64,000 bases of DNA from Octopus sinensis. Taxonomy: Eukaryota. A model generated the notes under the pieces. The model made no database searches and had not been told where the DNA came from. It worked only from the letters and a program-made list of their open reading frames with translations. Shown in pieces: positions 53,450 through 64,000 of the stretch. Made by a program: the position numbers and the translations under genes. The stretch lies in assembly GCF_006345805.1 (NCBI RefSeq), contig NC_042999.1:93248001-93312000 (forward strand), written 5' to 3'. Every line of letters starts with the position of its first letter. Within the stretch, counting starts at the first letter, position 1.

Positions 53450-54060
53450 AAAGCGGTGAAATGACAGAATTGTTAGCAGACCAGACAAAATAAGTTGCGG
53501 CATTTCGTGCGTCTCTACATTCTGAGTAAAAATTCCTCAAAGTCACCTTAGCGTTTCATCCTTTCAGGATCAATAAAAAAATAGCAGTTGAGTATAGGGG
53601 TCGATCTAATCGACATACCCATGCCCCTGACGACAAGTACATAGTGTATCGGTCTCTTTTGCCGAACCGCTTTGTTATAGGGACGTAATGACACCAACAC
53701 TAGCTAGATGTTTTGTGTGTGTGTGTGTGTGTATGTGTGTGTGCGGGCTGAGTTCAAATTCCACCGAAGTCGACTTTGTGCTTTCATCCTTTCGGGGTCG
53801 ATTAAATAAGTACCAGTTACGCACTGGGGTCAATATAATCGACTCAATCCGTTTGTCTGTCCTTGTTTGTCCTCTCTGTGTTTAGCCCCTTGTTGATAGT
53901 AAAGAAATAGGTATTTCGTCTCTCTTTACGTTCCGAGGTCGACTTTCCCTTTCATCCTATCGGGTTCGATAAATTAAGTACCACTTGCGGACTGGGGTCA
54001 ATCTAATAAACTGGCCTACTCCTCAAAATGTTCGGGCTTTGTGCCCAGAGTAGGAAGGGA
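53450..54060 (+). mobile_element. Cluster of SINE copies and tandem body units (family of 7814-8561)
   Basis: Diverged head near 53450; gtcgactttg/ttccc...tttcatcct...cgggg/ttcgat repeated at about 53770 and about 53938. Confidence 0.8.
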
Positions 54061-54462
54061 TATATATATATATATATTGTCCTAAGCTTATGACAATATA
54101 CTGGGATCTAGGAAATCATTAAGTGCTCAATTATTAGCTTTCCATTTAATATATAAATTGATTTGTATATCTTTCTTATTTACCATGGTTATGATATCTT
54201 TTTTTAAATTATAAAAAAAAAAGATTTTTAAAGTCTTACTTTTATTCTTATACAACATGATATTACACTGTTTTGGCTATACTTTGAAAACAACCTTTTC
54301 CCTTTCTAATGTCACACCTACCCAACATCTTCATGAGAATTTAATTCTATCTTATAGACTCATTTTAAAGTTGGTTTCTTTTTGAGGTGAAGGGTACCTA
54401 TGACAGTAAGAAATTAAGGAATAGTAAGAAATTAAAGAATAGAAGAAACATCTAATAATATA

Positions 54463-55606
54463 TATTAGGTCGTCAAGTATGGAGTTTGTAGTAAGGTATA
54501 TGGTAAATTTTGATAGCTGCTCTGACAATCTCTATTTTTTTTTGTTAGAAAGCTGATACTTCTATTTCTTTATTCTAACTCATTTTGCCTTTTATAAAGT
54601 ATTTATAAATCAATTTTGTTTTTGCTATTTTTGTTTAGAGATGGATAAGTCGGAAATTCATACAGTTTTGAAATATGAAGTTCACAGACAACTCGGAATA
54701 TCAATGGAGTATTTCATTCTAATGTTATTACACAGCAGACAGTATCAAATTGGTTTGCAAAATTTTGTTCTGGTAACTTTGACCTCACAAATGAACAACG
54801 CGATTGACAAGAAACAGAAAGCCACCATCGAGTCAGAGCCATCTCAAAGTGCCCGTGAATTATCGTTGTTGTTTTGTGTTAGCAAGCAAACATATTGACT
54901 TACCTACTTCAAATCGGTAAAGTAAAAATATTGAATAAGCGGGTTCCATATGAACTCAATGGAAATGAGAAACTGCTGTATTCTTGTCACAAAAATGAAT
55001 CATTTTCGAATCGAATTGTATTAACGACCATAAACGTTCAACACAATGGTTGGACAGAGAGAAGCCACGAAAACACAGTCCCAAAAGCAAAATTCATCAA
55101 AAAAAGCTCATGGTGTGTGTTTGGTAGTCTGGTGCAGGTGTGATCCATTATGAATTCATTAAACCTGGCTCACCAATCACGACCGCCAACTGAAACAAAT
55201 GATGCAGAAACTTACAAAAAACAGCCTATATTAGTCAACAGATCTACTATTTTATTGCAAGACAAGGCCAAACCACACATCGCAAAAATGACATTGGCGA
55301 AACTACAGTCTTTCGAGTTAGAAGTTCTCCATCATCCACCATACTCATCTGATATTGCCTCCACTAACTACCACTTCTTCCAGAATTAGGATAACTTTTT
55401 GTTAAGAAAAACTTTAATTCTGACGATGCTGTAAGACAGGCCTTCCAAGATTTTATTGATTCTAGATTGCCAAGCTTTTACGATTCCGGGTTGGACAAGC
55501 TACCGCTGAAATGGCAAAAGTTTATTGACAAAATGGGTGCATGCTATTGCTTGTATTTATAAAACATTGGAAAACTATTTTCCTTTTCATACTTGACGAC
55601 ATAATA
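54463..55606 (+). mobile_element. Decayed near full-length mariner element with TIRs
   Basis: TIRs tattaggtcgtcaagtatg (54463-81) and catacttgacgacataata (55588-606) match 18/19, each with a TA outside. Fragments MDKSEIHTVLKYE, ILNKRVPYEL, LLQDKAKPHIA and HPPYSSDIASTNYHFFQ. Confidence 0.92.
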
Positions 55607-56307
55607 TTAATGACAAACAACCAGCTCTGAGCTATTAACTCACAATGTTCTTTATTATAAACGTAGTTTATATACTAGATCTTTTGTTGATGGTAAGAAG
55701 ATAGATAAAAAGAATTAGAAATGAATTATAATCCGATGGCCCCACTATGTTCGCAAATTGTAGTTCTTCTCTGAAATTATTCTTACTATATTAGTGGCAA
55801 CATGAAGTTATTTAATCCTCTAGCTTTGATAAAATATTTGACAAAAATTATATTACCATAGCTCATCTATTGAAAATGCATATTTATTGCAACGTAAGAT
55901 AGCACTGTATTTAAATTGATGTAAAGCTTGCATTGTTGAATTAAATAGAGCCGCCTGAAACGGTCGTATTGCACTAATACTTGAAATCCTGTTACTTATT
56001 TTGATTTTATTCATCTTCGGGATGTCCGGATAATACCGGACAAACTTGGTGCCTCAACTTAAGTACCTAATTCAACTGAATCTTAATTATTTCTGTTATA
56101 TATATACGAGGGACATATTTCAGTTTCCGTTTACGAAATCCACCCTTAAGGCTTTGGTCGGCTCCAGGTTATAGTAGAAGACACGCAGTGGTAATGAACC
56201 CAGAACCATGTAGTTGGGAAGCGAGCTTCTTACCACAGTCACATCTGTTATATATATATAAGAAATGAGGGAATCGGAGAATGGAATTCACGAGAATCTT
56301 TATTCAT

Positions 56308-56410
56308 TACAGCAATCGTTTCAACCCATCTTGCATGGCTCCCTTGTTGGTGAGATAGTATACAGCTGGTTGTGTCGCATCCTTCTGCGCAGATGTGTCT
56401 CTTTAGGTTC
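56308..56410 (-). ncRNA. Decayed hammerhead-like motif with long stem II (left member of a divergent pair)
   Basis: AAC CUAAAGA GACACAUCU...AGAUGGGUU GAA ACGAU U GCUGUA; core G5 is mutated. Confidence 0.5.
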
Positions 56411-57136
56411 CTATTTAGGAAGATATCTTGGCGGATATATTCTGTTTCGCATGGTTCAATTATGCATGGTGTTATTGCCAGTAGGTCATTGGCTATAACG
56501 ACAGAGGATGGACACAGTTTTATTGTTATAAAGAGTTAATGGGTCAACCCAAGGTTAATAGTGAATAAATGAGAGAGAGTAAATAAAAAAATAAAACAAT
56601 GAGTTAAGATAAGTATAGACGTGTAGATATAAGCAGGTATATAGGCACACATACACACACCGTCATGGTCTTGTGGACAAACATACCTAAGATGACGCTG
56701 TTAAAGAGATATCCTTGAATTTTTGTCATACACAACTGAAATGGTCTTATTAGAGGTGAACAACGAAAGACTATCTGCTGCCCCTCTGTGCGGCCAGTCT
56801 GTACAGCCAATCAAACTGTCTGGCGGCGGTTTGATTTATTTATATAAACTGCAGTCACCATATGTGTTCACAAATGTTTCTATGCGTATTTGTATACATA
56901 GCAGCATATACTCGCATATTTCAGACACGTACTCATATATTTATATGTTTATACAGGAACTCACGCACACACACGAACACACACATATGGTGATATTTGT
57001 AGACGCACACACACATATATATATACCCTTTGTCTGTTCACCTCTAATAATACCATCTAGTTTTTAATGACCATGCTCAACGACATCCCATTAACAGCGT
57101 GAGAGCTTTTTTATGTTTACGAGATGTATCTTAAAC

Positions 57137-57240
57137 GACACCTGAAGAGATACATCTATACCGATGGATGCAACACAACTAGTTGCATATTATCCCACCC
57201 GCAAGTGATCGACTCATGATGGGTTGAAATATTCGTTGTG
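57137..57240 (+). ncRNA. Hammerhead-like motif with long stem II (right member)
   Basis: GACAC, CUGAAGA (57142-48), GAUACAUC...GAUGGGUU, GAAA (57226-29), UAU, UC (57233-34), GUUGUG. Confidence 0.6.
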
Positions 57241-57410
57241 AGGAATAAATGTTCTTGTGAATTCTATTTTCTATTTCCTTCATCTGTTATATAATCATAG
57301 AACACTGAGGAATTCCTGGGGTAGATCCAGGGACACTTGTATCAAAACTGTACATGATATCAGATAGCCATAAACTTTAATCGTCATACTACTAGGTGTA
57401 TACCCCCACG

Positions 57411-57463
<53 letters not shown>

Positions 57464-57555
57464 CGTGTGTATATGTATATATATATATATACACACATAT
57501 ACACATATATATATACACATTATACGTGTATATGTACACATGCATACACACATGA

Positions 57556-57598
<43 letters not shown>

Positions 57599-60304
57599 AT
57601 ATATTACAGCCGTATTAGCCTCAACCAGTATTTAGGTATAAAGGATCTGTAGGTTAGTTGAGATATGTTTGTGATATATAACTACTTCTAAAGGCATATT
57701 CACCATAGTTACCGTGGAGGAGCAATTCTCTCTTGGTTGGGAAACAAGTTTCTTAGCACACAGCTGCACCTGTAGAAATAAATTCCACAGAGACTGCATT
57801 GCCATCGCGCTAGATCGTACGAAAGCTTGGCAGACTATCTAATGCCCGAACATTACTGACATGTGCATGTTTGTAGAACTGTTACTGTTACATATATGGC
57901 AGTCATATTTAGGGTGCCCATAGGGATGATTCTCCTGTTGCCTCTCAACGTAGCAAGGAAGGCAGTTTTATTCTGTCTAGTGGCTGTAACAAAATAATTT
58001 TATGATGGACGTGTTTGAAACATATGAGGAGAGAGACGTTCTTCTCTGGTTGAACCCACTTTAATATCTTCAATATAAAAGGTTTGTAAAGTACGAGTCG
58101 TTTGGAAAGCACTCATGACCTTGGTTTTACTGATACTTTGGAAGGTAGAGAGACTCAATTGGCCCCATACATCCTCCTGCCTCCGAAAGCTTGCATCATT
58201 GTCATTACCACCATCACTTTAATTATTGCTTGGTTTTTGCTGTCCTGTTTGGTTTTTTTTTTTCCAATCTATGTTTTGTCAGTTGATAGACATTTTTGAC
58301 TTGCAATCGAAAAAATAAATTTAACTGAAATTGAGAAGCAGCGAAATTTATTCACTTTACTTCTCTATTAGCATAATAATGAGGTGACCCTTATGGGGCA
58401 TTCGAAACCAGAGAGAAGATTTTACTTTTCAAGAAACCCAATTTCTTGTTCTAAATAATACACCGTCTATTACGAACAATATGCCGAAAACCAACACATA
58501 TATCCGGAACATTGAAGCACATTCTGATCGAATAGACTAATCCTAATCTTGCAGATTGCAGCAAAATTATTCAAAAACATTACAATCTCGTTCTGTCAAT
58601 TTTGATGTAGACTAGCCTAAGGAATTGGCGGAATTTGAATGATTATTGATTTTCGAATGATACTGCAAGTAGAGCTATGGGAAACAAATTGATCCGATAG
58701 ACATGTTAAACAAGTGATAAATTAAGCTGTCACCACGTGACATTCTTTTACTATTTGTGAAATAATAAGTCAAACTTTGATATTCTATATATGTACCAAG
58801 AACATTCTGTTGTATTTAATAGAAAGATTTATTTAAAGAAGAAATATGAAATATTGAGCATACATTGTGTCTAAAAATTCCTTTAACTAACGCTTATCAA
58901 AAATTTCGACCCAGTTATTTTACAATAATATGTTGTTTGTTTAGCCGGTAAAATTTGCATACACCGGGACATCTTTTTGCATATAATATATTTCCCAACA
59001 TATCATTCCTATTCACTCACGTGTCACCTATTATAACTCAAAAACTTGCCGTTTGACGCCATTCGTGGACTTGAACCTATTGCAAACATTAACACCAGGT
59101 CTTCAATTTTAAGACATATCATCATTATCACTAGATTTGCAGGAACATAGGAAATGCCACTCAACTCCTACTATGAAATATAAATTACGCAATAGACAGA
59201 ATATCACTTCTTGATATCAAGCGTGTCTTAACAATTCTAGTTTTCATTTTCTAATAACAATGCAAAATTAATCAAGCAGGTTGTGCAGGAACGTAATTCT
59301 CTAGAGACAATATTCTGAGGAGGGAGGAACACATTTATTGTGTTCTAAGAGGACGCATGAGTTGTTAAAGTACGGGTAACGTGAGGAGCGCTGTTCATAT
59401 TGTGTCGGAAACCAAGCTTTGATTGAATTCTGCTCGCTTATTGTTAGTTTGAAGATAAATAACTGGCTTATAAGCACACAAATGTATAAATGTGTACGAT
59501 GATATATGTATACAAATGCGTATGCAAATATGTATACAAAAGCTACATATAACTAGGAAAATAAGCAAAATTTTGCGATGCGTGTGAGGAAAAGAACAAT
59601 ATAAAAGTACATTATGGTATATGAAATGCTCCAGCAGAAAGTGCGAAAATCTAGTTGCTCGACAAATTAAAGTATCAAACATGAGGAGCAGAAACATAAA
59701 GGATAGCTTTAGTAAGAAGTGGGTCAACAATCGTATACAAAAGAAAATACATAGCAGCAAGTCCGTGTGCTATGCTGACGCAAGACTGAATTTCAAAAGG
59801 AAAGAATATATGTTTCTATAAAGGAAAATTGTTATAGGCAGAGAGTTTAGTATGAAAAGAAGAGATAGCATTTGCTGATGCTTACGATCGAGGAGTACAG
59901 CTGAGTTGATGACTGCATGCTACATATATCGCAGGGCAAGGGAATTCCGTGTTGTCAAGTAAAATCAAGGATAGCCAATCTCAAACGTGATTTAAGGACA
60001 TTAAATGACAAGCTCCAGGGTGGTTACCGATCACTTAAATGTTCAGATTTGTCTATTTACAAATAATTGCATATCTTCTAAAGAATGTTTTAAACTAAGT
60101 TGTTGGAGTTGCATTGAAGCTGCTAGTGATGTGAATTTGGAGTTTTGGACTGGTTAAAGATTTAGGTAGAATAGAAATAGACAATGATAACATCATAGTA
60201 CTGGTCTCTGTGTGGCTGGGAAAGGGAAAGCTTGCAACACTTAAAGGTGAACAAAAACTGAAAATAAAAGATTACGTACGAAAGCTATACAGCAAATATT
60301 TGGC

Positions 60305-60343
<39 letters not shown>

Positions 60344-60690
60344 ATACACACATACACACACACACACATACACACACACACACAGACGTTTTACCTTATA
60401 ACCAAAAGGGACAGTGATATTATTGCAGACCTAGGATGCAACTGAAAATAAACATTATGTCAAATTTGTTTAGAAGACTTTAACACTTGATCAGTAGCTG
60501 CTAAAACACATCTTCAAGGTCAGCCGAGGGGCTTCTCGTTTAATCGATGTACAGAGAAGGGCAGAAAGAGCAGGAGATGTAGTAAATGACGTTGGTAGAA
60601 GTGCAGGTAAAGGAGTCGATGATATGATAGGGACGATGATGAGTGCCTGTGAGGATGGTGTTGTTTATCTACCTCTCTATCTCTCTCTCA

Positions 60691-60765
<75 letters not shown>

Positions 60766-60784
60766 AATTAATAATCATAACTGA

Positions 60785-61167
60785 GATTTGTAAATCCATC
60801 TTTTTCTGCAGTCAATCATATATTCCCCTTTCTGCTGCAAGTCAGTGCACATAGCAAAATTTTGCATCTTGGTGTGCATTTTAGTGTTAATCGCTACTTC
60901 TTCAGTGTACTACTAAATGCTTTTCATTTCCCATCTAAACTAAATACAAATCCAACCAACGTGTATAAAATATTTTGGTTCGACTTGTATTTAGTTCAGA
61001 TGAGAAATGAAATGCATCTAATAGCACCCTGAAAAACCGGCAATTAACACTAAAATGCACACCAAGGTGCAAACATCTGCATGTGCACTGAGTTGCAGCA
61101 GAAATATATGTAGGCGCAGAAATGGAAAAAACCGATTGACTGCAGAATAAAACTGGATTTATAAATC
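60785..61167. repeat. Imperfect fold-back (MITE-like) element, about 175-190-bp arms and 19-nt loop
   Basis: 60785-60957 aligns with the reverse complement of 60977-61167 (shared ttctgcagtcaatc, tttctgctgcaa, ttggtgtgcattttagtgttaat) with one indel. Confidence 0.88.
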
Positions 61168-62339
61168 CTTGTTGTCCATATTATTGATTTATTATTTATT
61201 TTCTACTGACAACATGCAGTCTCTCACTATAGAGACATATGGATTTACCGATGTGAATATCTACATAGGATAGTGAAATAAACTAACTATACTCACAGTG
61301 GTTAGCTAGCGTTGTTAACCGGTAAAAATGAATAAGGTTCCAAAGACGATTGTATATCCCTACCAACCTCATTTGGAAACTTACCTATTTATATATATAA
61401 GCTTCGATGATTTGCATAGCCTCTCTCTTTCACCCCACACATGCACACACACACACACTCACACACAGCACACGCACAAGCACACACACATATACGATTA
61501 TGGATGGATGGCTAGAAAACCCGAGTTCTACTGATACACAACGATTTGTTTTTTATTAGAAATCCGTCATGTATTTTATTTGATGTATTCCATCACATTT
61601 ATAACAATAAAATAAAAGATCCAATATATTAAGCGGTAAATTTAACTAAAATCTCTCCTAACAACAAACGAAATGTATGGATTCCATAAAATGCATTTTA
61701 ATAAATATATTCATTATTAAAAACACAGCCCAGGTGTTTCTGCTACTCTTGTTACCGAAATACTAGATGGGTGTGAAAAGATATCTTAAATCTTATGAGG
61801 AGGAGGATTTGAAGTCCCTGTTAAGAAAAATTAAAATGCATGACAAATTTTCAAAAGCGATAATCAGATTTCAGTATCAAATCCTTAATTTATTCTAAAG
61901 GAAAACTCGTCACAAATTGTAAATTAACAAATGCCATTCATCCAAGAGCGATCATATTTAATAAATTAACAGATGAACTTTAATCTTCAACTTATCCGAA
62001 ACTAACTTCACACTATGCGTATTTACATATTACCTGTGATGTTAGGAATTTTGGCGTCAGTGCAGATGGTGTTACTGGCCAATTACACATGTTTGTAATT
62101 TTCTGCGTCACCGAAGTTAATCACAGATATAAATATGTATCTAACCAATGATTTACGGTTCCTACCCCTTTAGCAATTATCTACATGAAAAGATTTTCCT
62201 CATTTCCAACTATTCTCACGTGACTTGTATGTAGAGTTTCTAATTACATCTGAAATTATTAATTTAATTTTGTCTACCATTATCTACGATGAATTTGCAT
62301 TATTTGCAATAATTTCGATCAATATTTATACCCATCCTT

Positions 62340-62550
62340 TGAAGCGGTGAGCTGGCAGAATCGTTAGAATGCCAGGAGAAATACCTAGCGGAACTTCACC
62401 CGTCTTTACGTTCTGAGTTCAAACTCCGCCGAGGTCAACTTTACCTTCTTCCCCTATAAAATAGGATCCATTTGAGCACTGGAGTCGGTTTAATCGACTT
62501 AGTACCACCCTAAAGAATGATGGCTTTGTACCATAATTTGAAACCAGAAT
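62340..62550 (+). mobile_element. SINE copy (family of 7814-8561)
   Basis: aagcggtgagctggcagaatcgttagaatgcc...ttctgagttcaaactccgccgaggtcaac. Confidence 0.82.
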
Positions 62551-63199
62551 ATATATATATCAATCCTACAGGGTTCTTTTTTTTTAAATAAATTTATATG
62601 GAGATTGCGGTGTTGCAATATATTAAAGTTAAATCATAAGCAAGATTATAGAAGATTACTTAACAAGAACCAATATGAAATGGAAACCTCAGAGGGCCCC
62701 GTTTCCTTACGTTGGTGGGATGTATATTATCATAGTGATATAGATAATATTCTATGACTAACATCATTATCAAAATTTCCATTAACCCTTCCTTTAAAAT
62801 GCCACAGCGAAATGCAATGGTCAGGAACAAGTAAACGATACCCAAGTTGTTATGTAATCTTGTAATTTTTGATCAGCTCTGTGGGAGGGGTTAGTGACAT
62901 TTGTAGTCTCTTAATATTTGTTGTTATTTTCGTGTTACGATATGTTTGCATTGGTTACATATGACTATATTTTCTGTGTCATTGCAGCTTTACGGTTTCA
63001 GAAATATTTGTTAGTTAATTCCTGCCGGTCTAGTGGCAGTGAAATTATTCTGACATTGTGCTCTTTATTAAATGATCACTGTATTTTAGTTAATGTAGTT
63101 TTAGTCATATGCTTTTGTTTCAAACTATTCAATATTTTGAATCATAAGTTAACCTTGATATTATAAATACTAATAGATGAGTTCGCACAAATGTATACA

Positions 63200-63750
63200 C
63201 ATAGTTTCTTGAGATTCTGATGGACATGCTAGACAAAAGGTTTACTCTAGAGTTCATTAGTATTTCATTCCAATTTATTATACTAAACGTTTGTAATACG
63301 CCCGACAATAGCAGTTAGAAACAAGGGTTTTATCATTATTTAGGCATCTGTATCTTACTTAACGCTGTGTAATCATTGATGCCAGCAATCGGATTCTATA
63401 TAAGAGTATGCAAAAAGATATCATTAGCAGCATTCCAAATTAAGCGAACCAACATAATATATATCGATCTCTCAAGCAATATAAACATCTCAAAGAGTAA
63501 ATGAGGGCAGCCTCTCTTAAGATTACTTAACTTGCCAGTAAACATTTTTGAACATACAACATACCATTTAATTAATGCAGCCTTAGAAAATTTATGTCTA
63601 TAATAAAGTAATACAGATAGACACAGATGAAATCTTTTGATCCTCAGACTCCTCATTGTATGCCAGATTGATGATAATCAATAACATATTATTGCAACTT
63701 TGCTTGTAATGTGCTCACGTGATGCTCACATACTACTGGGGATTAATTAA
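63200..63750 (-). mobile_element. Highly decayed non-LTR reverse transcriptase fragment
   Basis: KRGCPHLLFEMFILLERSI resembles GVRQGCxLSPxLFNIFLE, followed by NAANDIFL resembling YADDI. Confidence 0.35.
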
Positions 63751-64000
63751 ATATACGGTATAACACTCCTATTAGTCTATTTTCAGTCAGAAAATAAAAT
63801 CAATATTTTGTTTATCTACTAACATATTTGATGAAGTATGTGGAGTTCATACATTCGGTGTAACATAATATTTCATTGCAGAAAATTATTTCTAAGTGAC
63901 AATAAATTCCTTTTCAACTTCCAACAGGAATATTTTCATTATTGCAAAAAATTATAGTAATAATTTTATTATGTTTGAACTTTATCTCGGTATAAAACAC

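Overview
AT-rich, microsatellite-saturated eukaryotic DNA. The SINE families and repeat landscape suggest an octopus or other coleoid cephalopod (inference). No protein-coding gene can be identified with confidence. Most ORFs in the supplied track are microsatellite artefacts or transposon relics, and a few minus-strand exon candidates are weak. Recognisable content: four mariner relics, one Tc1 relic, a near full-length RTE LINE ending in three C2H2 fingers, R4/Dong, piggyBac and RT relics, a Helentron-type non-autonomous element, many tRNA-derived SINEs (some as head-less tandem multimers), an 855-bp tandem duplication and several fold-back palindromes. The main signal is a set of type I hammerhead-ribozyme (HHR) folds that belong to at least five unrelated repeat families. 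They have the short palindromic stem III typical of Penelope-like element (PLE) ribozymes. Three families occur as divergent (minus-left, plus-right) pairs, two carry long inserts in stem II, three have a CCGANGA core instead of CUGANGA, and one lies downstream of a PLE GIY-YIG fragment and a Pol III tRNA-like head. All folds were worked out by eye and none is shown to cleave.
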